Source: a virus
UHGV virus genome: UHGV-0174327
Strand: one strand, 5' to 3'
Length of the DNA stretch: 20,119 nt
Made by a program: the position numbers and the translations under genes. Shown here piece by piece: positions 1 to 8,005 of this stretch (position 1 is the first letter of the stretch; every line of letters begins with the position of its first letter). The notes beneath the pieces were generated by a model. That model was given only the letters and a program-made list of their open reading frames with translations, ran no database searches and was not told the DNA's origin.

Positions 1-1
1 G

Positions 2-259
2 TTTACTACTAATGGTTTAGCAGAAAAAAACAACATTCAACTCCCAGAAAATACATCTATAAATCATTGGGTGAAAGGGCACTTTCTTTTCTCAGCATCA
101 TTAAGATTTATAACAAACTTTTTGGCATCCATCAATAAAAAAACCTCTATATCCAAGGATAGTTTTTACGCAAACATCTTGTCTGCATTTGAGATTTTTT
201 ATACAGAAGAACATGCTGATTATAGTTATTACAATCAAAAGATAGGGGCCATCACATAA
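2..259 (+). CDS. hypothetical protein, C-terminal fragment (5' end outside window); AT-rich accessory gene convergent with phage gene S
   Basis: Frame 2 is open from the window edge to TAA at 257-259 (...FTTNGLAEKNNIQLPENTSINHWVKGHF...QKIGAIT); ORF-track entry 71..259 is the tail of this frame; strongly AT-rich unlike the phage backbone. Confidence 0.35.
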   Translation, partial: FTTNGLAEKNNIQLPENTSINHWVKGHFLFSASLRFITNFLASINKKTSISKDSFYANILSAFEIFYTEEHADYSYYNQKIGAIT

Positions 260-267
260 AAAATAAA

Positions 268-287
268 GGCTGGCTTTTATGCCAGCC
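268..287. terminator. hairpin GGCTGGC-ttttat-GCCAGCC between convergent genes (overlaps the S stop codon)
   Basis: Perfect 7-bp inverted repeat with 6-nt loop seen directly; A/T-rich flanks on both sides. Confidence 0.35.
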
Positions 288-735
288 AATCCCCAGAAAA
301 TAAATTCATAATGAATATTTTTCGAATTAATTTTTCACATCCATTTAATCCAAGCAATTTTCTCTCTGCGTAACGGATCTCAGGTCCTTTGCGGCTGACG
401 CGATCACGTAGGCCGTAATGGTGAACGCGGGCAATGCGCTGTACCTTACCTTCAAACTGTACGCTGGCAGTATCCGCGCTGGCGGCAGTTTTCAGGTATT
501 TTGTAGTGCGCAGCTTTGTAAACATCTGACGTTTGATCCGCCCCTTTTTACTGCGTGCTGTTACCCGTCGCGGTTCATAGCTGCTGCCGTCAGGGTTGCG
601 CTGCATCCTGATATTATGCTGCTGTGTCCGGCGCAGTTCCTGCGACAGCTGGCGCATCATGCGGCTTCTTGCGGCTGGTTCTAGATTCGCCAGCAAGGCA
701 CTCAGCCAGTCGTCCACCTTCTGCAGTTCAGCCAC
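277..735 (-). CDS. S: tail completion / virion morphogenesis protein (P2 gpS family); GTG start overlapping R stop; last ~25 codons are AT-rich and may be replaced
   Basis: Translation MAELQKVDDWLSAL...QRNPDGSSYEPRRV...RIARVHHYGLRD matches the P2 S family as I recall it; position after R in P2 order. Confidence 0.75.
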   Translation of the reverse strand: MAELQKVDDWLSALLANLEPAARSRMMRQLSQELRRTQQHNIRMQRNPDGSSYEPRRVTARSKKGRIKRQMFTKLRTTKYLKTAASADTASVQFEGKVQRIARVHHYGLRDRVSRKGPEIRYAERKLLGLNGCEKLIRKIFIMNLFSGDWLA

Positions 736-1159
736 GTTTCACCGTCCACATTTCTTCAGGTTCATCGGGTTCTGCTACAGCTTCAACGCTCGACACACTG
801 CCGTCAGTACTGACCAGCACACGTTCCGTCAGTTGCAGGTTAAGGCTGATATCACAGACATCGTTGCGCAAAATATCCACCTCAAAGGTGAATAGCTTTT
901 CCCGTAACGCCGGGTTATTGATGGCATCGGGCTGGTTATCCCGAAGCCACAGTAAAACCGGGGCCATCAGCAGATTCTGGTCGCCGCTGAAATCCTCTAT
1001 CACCACGTTCAGGGTATAGCGGTACTCCCATGACATGGAGCTGGCCCCCGTGGCAACCAGCGAACCGTTATCCACAAACAGATGCAGTTTGTCCGGGTTA
1101 TTGCGGACATAAGGCACCGCTTTATTGAGGGCGTGGCGCAGGGATTGTGGTTTGTTCAC
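728..1159 (-). CDS. R: tail completion protein (P2 gpR family)
   Basis: VNKPQSLRHALNKAVPYVRNNPDKLHLFVDNGS... resembles P2 R; GTG at 1159 preceded by AGGAG (spacing 7); ORF-track start at 1180 is a TTG without SD. Confidence 0.75.
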   Translation of the reverse strand: MNKPQSLRHALNKAVPYVRNNPDKLHLFVDNGSLVATGASSMSWEYRYTLNVVIEDFSGDQNLLMAPVLLWLRDNQPDAINNPALREKLFTFEVDILRNDVCDISLNLQLTERVLVSTDGSVSSVEAVAEPDEPEEMWTVKRG

Positions 1160-1412
1160 TGTTTCGCTCCTGACACGCAATAATCATGTCCACTTTGTCT
1201 GCACAGACCGCCCAGGCGGCCTCCGTTTCATCCAGCAACGCGTTCAGATCACCGTTAGTGCGCGGCGCTGCCTGCCCCAGCCGACACGGCGTCACTCGCG
1301 GACAACCACTGACGGTAAGCTGCACCTCCGGTGAGTGTGGGGCGTTCCCGCAGCCGGATAATGTCAGCAGGCAAAGGAGTATCAGCCCAGCGGCGTAAAT
1401 CCTCGTTCTCAC
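1122..1412 (-). CDS. lysC: o-spanin (Rz1-like lipoprotein, P2 LysC equivalent) embedded in alternative frame of lysB and extending past it
   Basis: N-terminus MRTRIYAAGLILLCLLTLSGC has a lipobox (LSGC); Pro-rich body; nested/overlapping arrangement with LysB typical of Rz/Rz1. Confidence 0.6.
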   Translation of the reverse strand: MRTRIYAAGLILLCLLTLSGCGNAPHSPEVQLTVSGCPRVTPCRLGQAAPRTNGDLNALLDETEAAWAVCADKVDMIIACQERNSEQTTIPAPRPQ

Positions 1413-1683
1413 GTTTCAGTTCCTCAATCCGGTGTTGTCGTTGTCTCAGCAGTACACTGGTCTGTTCTGCTTCGGCATAGAGCCGCGCCTGCTCCCGGTT
1501 ATTGGTTTCAGTCAGAATGGACAGGCTGATAAGCTGGCTGTTGCTCTTTGCCAGTGCATGGCTTTTGCTCCGAAGCTCGTCTGCCTGCGTGCTGATGGTC
1601 TGGCTGGCATCAGCCAGCCGCCACGTCTGCCAGCCCAGCGCCGCCAGTAATAACGCCAGCACAACCAGCAGCAACCGGTTCAT
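1255..1683 (-). CDS. lysB: i-spanin (Rz-like, P2 LysB equivalent)
   Basis: N-terminal TM segment LLLVVLALLLAALGW followed by charged coiled-coil-like region (EELKRENEDLRR); position after lysA. Confidence 0.7.
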   Translation of the reverse strand: MNRLLLVVLALLLAALGWQTWRLADASQTISTQADELRSKSHALAKSNSQLISLSILTETNNREQARLYAEAEQTSVLLRQRQHRIEELKRENEDLRRWADTPLPADIIRLRERPTLTGGAAYRQWLSASDAVSAGAGSAAH

Positions 1684-2057
1684 GCTGCTACCTGTTGCGC
1701 CATCTGATTACGGGTGATCCAGAAGGCAATAACGGTCAGTAGATAAAAGACCAGGGTAATAGCCCACCCCGTCCAGGCGAGACTGACGACAATCAGCAAT
1801 CGCATCATCCAGCTGATAAATACGTTTTCTTTTCGGGTAATTGTCTTCAGCAAAGATGCCCTCAACTCCTGCCAGAGCGGGCCGTTCTTAATTAACGCAG
1901 CCAGTGATACCGGAATTACTGCCCATGTCAGCAGACAGGCTACCCAGACACCAGATGCTGCCAGTACTGGAAAAATCCCCTGCGGATACACCATTGCGGC
2001 GATTAACAGCGCTATCCATAACATCAGAAACAGCCCGCTGATTACTTTCTTTTTCAT
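1680..2057 (-). CDS. lysA: membrane protein, lysis regulator (P2 LysA position)
   Basis: Multi-TM hydrophobic protein starting MKKKVISGLFLMLWIALLIAA; ATG at 2057 directly after endolysin stop; ORF-track start 2129 is an upstream extension. Confidence 0.55.
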   Translation of the reverse strand: MKKKVISGLFLMLWIALLIAAMVYPQGIFPVLAASGVWVACLLTWAVIPVSLAALIKNGPLWQELRASLLKTITRKENVFISWMMRLLIVVSLAWTGWAITLVFYLLTVIAFWITRNQMAQQVAA

Positions 2058-2058
2058 T

Positions 2059-2571
2059 TCAGTTTGCTCCCTGTAAGCACCAGGCCATCTCCCGCGCACG
2101 GCGGTTATCCAGCCCCTGATTAAACACACCTTTTACATACACCCAGCGCGGCAACTGTCGGCACGCATCCGCCCAGCGCCGCTGATTGAGCAATTTCACC
2201 AGCGTGGAACTGCAGGCATTGCCCGTTCCCACGTTGAAGGCAAACGACACCACCGAGTCATACACCTTTTGCGGCGGCTGTTGCTTCACACACCTTTCCA
2301 GCGCCCGCTCCACACGTAGCACGTTGGAGATCAGCCCTTCCGCTGCCTGTCGTTCCGTAATGGTTTTTCCTGGAATGACACCTGATGTATTACCAATGCC
2401 GTCGGTCCAGACACCCGCGCTGCACTGATACGGCTGCAGACGACAGCCTTCGTAATCGGCAATCAGTTTCAGCCCCTCCACGGAGGTGTGAAGTTGCTGA
2501 AAACCCGGTAGCGTGGCAGCAATAGCCAGCACGGCCCCGACAAGGCAGCGTTTAACGATTGATGGATTCAT
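2059..2571 (-). CDS. SAR-type endolysin (T4-lysozyme-like, phage P1 Lyz / phage 21 R-like) with N-terminal signal-anchor-release domain
   Basis: N-terminus MNPSIVKRCLVGAVLAIAATLPG (weakly hydrophobic, Gly/Ala-rich), then EGLKLIADYEGCRLQPYQCSAGVWTDGIGNT, closely resembling P1 Lyz as recalled; SD GGGAGGA before ATG. Confidence 0.8.
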   Translation of the reverse strand: MNPSIVKRCLVGAVLAIAATLPGFQQLHTSVEGLKLIADYEGCRLQPYQCSAGVWTDGIGNTSGVIPGKTITERQAAEGLISNVLRVERALERCVKQQPPQKVYDSVVSFAFNVGTGNACSSTLVKLLNQRRWADACRQLPRWVYVKGVFNQGLDNRRAREMAWCLQGAN

Positions 2572-2767
2572 AGTCCTCCCGCGAGATCTGCCCGTCGCGC
2601 AGAAGCTGGTAGGCTTTGTGTTTGTAGTACCAGTTGATAGCCAGCATCAGCACACCAATCATCAGGCCGCCCAGCGTTGAGGCATCCTTGATGGACAAAT
2701 CGCCCAGCCAGGCCAGCACGACGGCGATGCAATACGTGATAAAGGCGCTGATTCGCTCAAGCGTCAT
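2552..2767 (-). CDS. small two-TM holin (pinholin-like) overlapping endolysin start
   Basis: 71 aa with two hydrophobic helices (ISAFITYCIAVVLAWL; LGGLMIGVLMLAINWYY) and charged C-terminus; located immediately upstream of the SAR endolysin. Confidence 0.6.
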   Translation of the reverse strand: MTLERISAFITYCIAVVLAWLGDLSIKDASTLGGLMIGVLMLAINWYYKHKAYQLLRDGQISREDYESINR

Positions 2768-2770
2768 AAT

Positions 2771-2974
2771 TCAGTCCCATAGCTGGACGGTCTGCACGGT
2801 GGTGGTGGTCGGAATGTCCGGCAGCTCCACCTGCAGCCCGTGAGGTAAAAAGGGGCCGTATTCGGCAAGCCCCGGATTTGCCTTCAGTACCTGCTCCGTG
2901 ACACCCTGCGTGCGCCCGTAATGACGCCAGCAAAGCGCGTCCACCGTGTCATACTGATGCGCACGCACTTTCAT
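2771..2974 (-). CDS. X: tail protein X (P2 gpX family)
   Basis: 67 aa, ...DTVDALCWRHYGRTQGVTEQVLKANPGLAEYGPFLPHGLQVELPD... resembles P2 X; conserved position between L and holin. Confidence 0.8.
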   Translation of the reverse strand: MKVRAHQYDTVDALCWRHYGRTQGVTEQVLKANPGLAEYGPFLPHGLQVELPDIPTTTTVQTVQLWD

Positions 2975-3438
2975 CAGATAAGCTCCACTGTGCAGTGCGG
3001 CGCATCCTGCACCCGGCTGATGGCCCAGCGGGCGTCACGCCACAAATCACCGCTTGCTTCCGCCAGTTCCTCGCCCCGCTTCACACCGGACGCCGTGGCG
3101 TCATAGTCCTGGTAACGTTCGTTGAGCATGGCGCGTGCCCAGCAGTAAACCGCGTTGAAATAGTGCTGAATGCGCTCACTTTTGCCGTCCAGCTGTTCCG
3201 CCGGAACCTCAGCCAGCGACACATACCCCAGCATCTGCTGACATCTGCGAAACTCATACAGCTCTGCGTTGACCTCCGAAATTGCCGACAGCGCAACCTG
3301 CTTTAAACGCGGCTGCGTCACCGTGCCGTCAGTGCGCATCACGCTGCGAAACTCCGACAGGTCCACATCAGGCCAGAACGGCGTATTCCTGATGATTTCC
3401 GCCTGTTCCGGTGCCTGTTCTGGCGCAACAAACTTCAT
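2974..3438 (-). CDS. L: head completion/stabilization protein (P2 gpL family)
   Basis: Start at ATG 3438 preceded by AGGAGAAAG; ORF-track start 3501 lacks SD; position between M and X. Confidence 0.75.
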   Translation of the reverse strand: MKFVAPEQAPEQAEIIRNTPFWPDVDLSEFRSVMRTDGTVTQPRLKQVALSAISEVNAELYEFRRCQQMLGYVSLAEVPAEQLDGKSERIQHYFNAVYCWARAMLNERYQDYDATASGVKRGEELAEASGDLWRDARWAISRVQDAPHCTVELI

Positions 3439-3533
3439 GCTGCTTTCTCCTGAAATAGAGGGCGGTGGACGGGGTTTTGATGTGGCAGTGCCTTTCGCCA
3501 CCCCGTGCCGCCCGTGCGCGGGGGCACGTTCTG

Positions 3534-4184
3534 TCAGCGGCTGTCATTGCGCAGTCTGCGCTCCAGCTGCTGTTTGTCTTTTTTCACGCCACAGCGAGGA
3601 TCGAGCTGTAACGCATGGTTGAGATGATTAAGGGCGGAAGCCGGGTTGCTTTCACTCAGGACAGCGCCAATCGCTTTATGCAGACGCGCCCGTGACTGGT
3701 CCGGCATATCCAGACCGTCTGTCAGCTCCAGCGTCTGCAGCAACAGATCGGCATCAAAGCCGGTGGCGGCAAGCATTGCGCTCTGCGCCGCGTCTGCCAT
3801 TTCCTCTGCCAGCACGGTCTGCACGTTGCGGTTACCCAGCGGCATCACCCAGCCATGACGCAGGGCATGACGCCCGATCTCCAGCGCCCCTGCATAATCT
3901 CCGGCATCAATGCGCCACAGCATCACGTACATCAGCACGTCATCCTGTTGAGCGCCTCCGGCAGCCAGAACGCCCTCCGCCCAGGCGGCATATTTCGGCA
4001 GCAGCTCCACCTTGATTTCTGCTTTTTTGACCGTGGACTGAACGCCCTTGAGACGGCGGCGGTCTTCCGCCAGTTGCAGCAGCATCAGGTCATAGCCCGA
4101 CGCGTGGCGAACACTGCCACCCTCGCGAGCGGCCTGTTCAGCCTGAACGCGCAGGCGATGCTGCCGTGCGGGACTCAGGCTCAT
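3534..4184 (-). CDS. M: terminase small/endonuclease subunit (P2 gpM family)
   Basis: 216 aa; ...QSTVKKAEIKVELLPKYAAWAEGVLAAGGAQQDDVLMYVMLWRIDAGDYAGALEIG... resembles P2 M; synteny N-M-L. Confidence 0.85.
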   Translation of the reverse strand: MSLSPARQHRLRVQAEQAAREGGSVRHASGYDLMLLQLAEDRRRLKGVQSTVKKAEIKVELLPKYAAWAEGVLAAGGAQQDDVLMYVMLWRIDAGDYAGALEIGRHALRHGWVMPLGNRNVQTVLAEEMADAAQSAMLAATGFDADLLLQTLELTDGLDMPDQSRARLHKAIGAVLSESNPASALNHLNHALQLDPRCGVKKDKQQLERRLRNDSR

Positions 4185-4187
4185 GAA

Positions 4188-5246
4188 TTACGCTCCGGTT
4201 TCTGCTGCGGCGGCGCTGAAGTCACCAATCTGGATGTTTTCCACCAGTGCAGCGCAGCGATAGTCCTCAACCACATAGGCTTCGTTAACGGATTCAAAAT
4301 TTTCAATCCGGTCACGTTTCGGGTTGTCGATAACTGAACGGCGGCGGGTATCTTCCTGCCAGTAGATGGACAGGTTATCCAGACGGGTGATCAGCAGCGC
4401 ATTCGGCGGGAAGAACGGCGCACGCACTGCCTGCAGGCCACCCATGCGTTTCTGACTGATGATCATATCGGCAGCCAGTTTTTCACTGTTTTCCTGCTCT
4501 TTGTTGACCAGTGGGAAATACTTGTCAGACAGCAGTTCACGACCGCAAATCACCACCAGATCGTCATCGTCCTGGTAGACCACATCGATAAGCTCATTGA
4601 CGGCATCCATCACTACGGCGTCCAGGTTGGCATATTCGCCACCTTTCCCGACTTTCACCGCGCCCGGAGTGGTTTCACCGCCCGTGGTGGTGCTGCCCAT
4701 GACGTGATCCGGTGCATCTTCACGGATTTTCTGCAGCCAGCCTTTGTTCACATCCTGCAGCAGCGGGTTTTCGCTACGGTTGGAGGTTTTCGCACGCTTC
4801 ACGCCGTTAAAGCCGATCATGATGCGGTCCAGTGCCTGACGTTTTACGATGGCGTCACGGATACGCACCTGGAAATCCTGAAACTTCGCCCACAGGTCCA
4901 GCTTCGCGTAGGTCAACACCGTGTCAAAGTTAGTCTGCTCGCATTTGTATTCCACATCGACCATTAGCGTCGGATCGACAGGCTCACGCTCTTTAGCTGT
5001 GGTATCAGTGGTTCCGGCAATGGTGCTGCCAACACCCAGCCCCAGCAACTGACCAGACTGCTCAGTCACTGGCGTGACGTTAATCAGCGTCAGGAATGCG
5101 GCGGACTGCTGGATCTGATCTTCCAGCGTCTGCTGCACAGACGGCTCTACAGTGAACTTGCTGGACAGTTCTTCAACGGCCACACCGTTCAGACGCGCCA
5201 GCTGCTGCAGGTAAGCGTTAAAAGCAAAGCGGGTATTCTTCTTCAT
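4188..5246 (-). CDS. N: major capsid protein (P2 gpN family)
   Basis: 352 aa; MKKNTRFAFNAYLQQLARLNGV...FTVEPSVQQTLEDQIQQSAAFLTLINV... strongly resembles P2 N. Confidence 0.9.
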   Translation of the reverse strand: MKKNTRFAFNAYLQQLARLNGVAVEELSSKFTVEPSVQQTLEDQIQQSAAFLTLINVTPVTEQSGQLLGLGVGSTIAGTTDTTAKEREPVDPTLMVDVEYKCEQTNFDTVLTYAKLDLWAKFQDFQVRIRDAIVKRQALDRIMIGFNGVKRAKTSNRSENPLLQDVNKGWLQKIREDAPDHVMGSTTTGGETTPGAVKVGKGGEYANLDAVVMDAVNELIDVVYQDDDDLVVICGRELLSDKYFPLVNKEQENSEKLAADMIISQKRMGGLQAVRAPFFPPNALLITRLDNLSIYWQEDTRRRSVIDNPKRDRIENFESVNEAYVVEDYRCAALVENIQIGDFSAAAAETGA

Positions 5247-5262
5247 CGGGTTTTGTGCTCCA

Positions 5263-6096
5263 TCAGCAATTGGTCAGAGTGTCAGCGGGGGCGTTACCGC
5301 CTGTTGCACGCTGGCGGTAGTCCTGGCGGCTGTCTTCATGACTCAGCTTATTCACCAGTTCGTTAAAGGCGGTCTGCTGTGCCTGCAGGGCAGTCTCCAG
5401 CTCAGACAGACGTTCTTCCTGCTCAGACAGGGATTTTTCGGTGCGTGCGCTCAGGTTTTGCTGCTCAGTGGCGACCAGCTCCACGGCCTTATGCACATCA
5501 GAGAACCGGGCATCGTCGGACTGCTCTTTTTTGGTGAACAGTGCCGTGACGCGGGCAAACAGGGACGGCTTGTCCTCCTGGATTTCTTCCAGTTCGATCA
5601 CCGTTTCCTCTGCGGCGGTAAAGAGATTGGCGGGATTCTGCTTGCGGTTTGCCAGCGGGTTATGGGCTGCACTGGCGCTGAATGTCAGCATTTCAGTGCC
5701 CAGACTGGCAGGGTCATCAGTGGCAGCCAGGCCGACCAGGTAGGCTTTGCCCGTATCAGCAAACTTCGGACTGACTTCCATAGATGTGAATAATTTCTGG
5801 CCTTTTTTCACCAGTTTCACCAGGGATTCCGTTGGCTCAACGTCGGCATACAGCGCCATCTTGCCTGCCAACGGACCTTCCGTGATTTCTTCAGCAAACA
5901 GCGCCGTCACCTTGCCGTAGCGGTTAAAGGTGCTGTCCGGCAGATAAGACTTGATGTGCTCAAGGTTAATCAGCGCGGTATACACCGCCGGGTTGTAGCT
6001 GGCTGCCATCTGTTCCAGCCATTCACGCTGGATTTCGCGTCCGTCGGTGGTGGCACCTTCCACCCCGATGCGAAAACGCTTTGCTTTCACTGTCAT
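5263..6096 (-). CDS. O: capsid scaffolding protein/protease (P2 gpO family)
   Basis: 277 aa; ...RFRIGVEGATTDGREI...INLEHIKSYLPDSTFNRYGKV...YLVGLAATDDPASLGTEML...ATGGNAPADTLTNC resembles P2 O. Confidence 0.9.
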   Translation of the reverse strand: MTVKAKRFRIGVEGATTDGREIQREWLEQMAASYNPAVYTALINLEHIKSYLPDSTFNRYGKVTALFAEEITEGPLAGKMALYADVEPTESLVKLVKKGQKLFTSMEVSPKFADTGKAYLVGLAATDDPASLGTEMLTFSASAAHNPLANRKQNPANLFTAAEETVIELEEIQEDKPSLFARVTALFTKKEQSDDARFSDVHKAVELVATEQQNLSARTEKSLSEQEERLSELETALQAQQTAFNELVNKLSHEDSRQDYRQRATGGNAPADTLTNC

Positions 6097-6174
6097 GAGC
6101 CGTGCTCCGTTAGAAAAAACTTACTGGAGCCTTATGGTTGCGGTGATGGGGGCAGTGAAACAATGCGCGGTATT

Positions 6175-6192
6175 TGTACCGACAACCACACA
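6175..6192. promoter_or_regulatory. TGT-N12-ACA dyad in the divergent O/P late promoter region (candidate Ogr/B-type late activator site)
   Basis: TGTaccgacaaccacACA seen at 6175-6192, about 85 bp upstream of the O start codon; P2-family late promoters carry a TGT-N12-ACA activator site. Confidence 0.35.
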
Positions 6193-6238
6193 AACCGCAG
6201 GCGGGGAAAGCCTTCATTCAAGGCTGTAGGTTTGTGCC

Positions 6239-8005
6239 ATGAACACCACACTGACACCCGCAGATCTCGATCCCCGTCGGCAGGCCATGCTGCTGTACTT
6301 TCAGGGATACCGCGTCGCCCGCATTGCTGAAATGCTGGGCGAGAAAGTTGCAACTGTTCACAGCTGGAAAAAACGCGACAAGTGGGGTGACTATGGGCCG
6401 CTGGATCAGATGCAGCTCACCACCGCCGCACGCTACTGCCAGCTCATTATGAAGGAGCACAAAGAAGGGAAAGATTTCAAAGAGATTGACCTGCTGGCGC
6501 GCCAGTCGGAGCGCCACGCGCGGATCGGCAAGTTTAACAATGGCGGCAACGAAGCCGACTTAAACCCTAACGTCGCCAACCGCAACAAAGGCCCACGCCG
6601 TCAGCCGGAAAAGAATGTTTTCACCGATGAACAGATTGAGAAGCTGGAAGAAATCTTCCATTCCTCCATGTTCAACTACCAGCGCCACTGGTGGGAAGCC
6701 GGAAAAACCAACCGCATCCGCAACCTGCTGAAGTCACGCCAGATCGGCGCAACCTTCTATTTTGCCCGTGAAGCCCTGATTGACGCCCTGCTGACCGGAC
6801 GTAACCAGATTTTCCTTTCCGCCAGCAAGGCACAGGCCCACGTCTTTAAGCAGTACATCTTCGACTTCGCCAAAGAAGTGGAGGTGGAGCTGAAAGGTGA
6901 TCCGATGGTGCTTCCTAACGGTGCCACGCTTTACTTCCTCGGCACCAATGCCCGCACTGCCCAGAGTTATCACGGCAACCTGTATCTGGATGAATATTTC
7001 TGGATACCGAAATTTCAGGAGCTGCGTAAAGTGGCTTCCGGTATGGCTATTCACAAAAAATGGCGACAAACCTATTTTTCCACGCCATCAAGCCTGACCC
7101 ACAGTGCTTATCCGTTCTGGTCCGGTGCGCTGTTCAACCGTGGACGCAACAAAGCCGACAAGGTGGACATCGACCTGTCCCACAGCAATCTGGCCCCCGG
7201 CCTGCTGTGCGCAGACGGGCAATACCGCCAGATAGTCACCGTGGAAGATGCGGTGCGCGGCGGCTGCAACCTGTTCGACCTTGACCAGTTGCGCATGGAG
7301 TACAGCCCGGACGAATACCAGAACCTGCTGATGTGCGAGTTTGTGGACGATCTCGCGTCCGTGTTTCCGCTCAGCGAGCTGCAGGCGTGCATGGTGGACA
7401 GTTGGGAAGTCTGGACCGACTTTCATGCACTGGCCCTTCGCCCGTTTGGGTGGCGCGAAGTGTGGATCGGTTATGACCCGGCAAAAGGTACGCAGAACGG
7501 CGACAGCGCCGGATGCGTGGTGGTGGCACCGCCAGCCGTGCCGGGCGGTAAGTTCCGTATTCTTGAGCGCCACCAGTGGCGCGGGATGGACTTCCGCGCC
7601 CAGGCGGACGCCATCAAAAAACTGACCGAACAGTACAACGTGACATATATCGGCATCGACTCGACGGGTGTCGGTCACGGGGTTTACGAGAACGTGAAAG
7701 CGTTTTTTCCTGCCGTCCGGGAGTTTGTCTACAACCCCAACGTTAAAAATGCCCTGGTACTCAAGGCATACGACATTATCAGCCACCGCCGTCTGGAGTT
7801 TGACGCCGGGCACACCGACATTGCGCAGTCATTCATGGCAATCCGTCGCGCCACCACCGCCAGTGGCAACCGCCCGACCTATGAAGCCAGCCGCAGCGAA
7901 GAAGCCAGCCACGCCGATCTGGCCTGGGCAACGATGCACGCACTGTTTAATGAACCGCTGCAGGGCGAGTCCGCCAATACAAGCAATATTGTGGAGATTT
8001 TTTGA
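6239..8005 (+). CDS. P: terminase large (ATPase) subunit (P2 gpP family)
   Basis: 588 aa; family-typical length and sequence; divergent from O as in P2. Confidence 0.9.
   Translation: MNTTLTPADLDPRRQAMLLYFQGYRVARIAEMLGEKVATVHSWKKRDKWGDYGPLDQMQLTTAARYCQLIMKEHKEGKDFKEIDLLARQSERHARIGKFNNGGNEADLNPNVANRNKGPRRQPEKNVFTDEQIEKLEEIFHSSMFNYQRHWWEAGKTNRIRNLLKSRQIGATFYFAREALIDALLTGRNQIFLSASKAQAHVFKQYIFDFAKEVEVELKGDPMVLPNGATLYFLGTNARTAQSYHGNLYLDEYFWIPKFQELRKVASGMAIHKKWRQTYFSTPSSLTHSAYPFWSGALFNRGRNKADKVDIDLSHSNLAPGLLCADGQYRQIVTVEDAVRGGCNLFDLDQLRMEYSPDEYQNLLMCEFVDDLASVFPLSELQACMVDSWEVWTDFHALALRPFGWREVWIGYDPAKGTQNGDSAGCVVVAPPAVPGGKFRILERHQWRGMDFRAQADAIKKLTEQYNVTYIGIDSTGVGHGVYENVKAFFPAVREFVYNPNVKNALVLKAYDIISHRRLEFDAGHTDIAQSFMAIRRATTASGNRPTYEASRSEEASHADLAWATMHALFNEPLQGESANTSNIVEIF

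Noticed and set aside
418-1019. Plus-strand ORFs (418..684, 596..895, 624..1019) overlapping genes S and R
   Set aside because: Antisense to well-supported phage structural genes, no SD, composition typical of spurious ORFs in GC-rich coding DNA
3269-5793. Multiple plus-strand ORFs (e.g. 3269..3622, 3692..4015, 3855..4337, 4704..4967, 5338..5793) inside L, M, N and O
   Set aside because: All antisense to conserved capsid/terminase genes whose translations are recognisable; treated as frame artefacts
6199-6211. 13-nt exact match (AGGCGGGGAAAGC) to the core of the P2/P4 cohesive-end sequence, located in the O/P divergent promoter region
   Set aside because: Wrong location for cos in a P2-like genome (cos lies downstream of Q) and the flanking bases do not match; the 9661..9679 site matches better in both position and flanking CGCGCGC. 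Kept only as a curiosity
7088-7813. 241-aa minus-strand ORF inside the terminase large subunit gene
   Set aside because: Antisense to gpP, Arg/His-rich low-complexity translation, no start context
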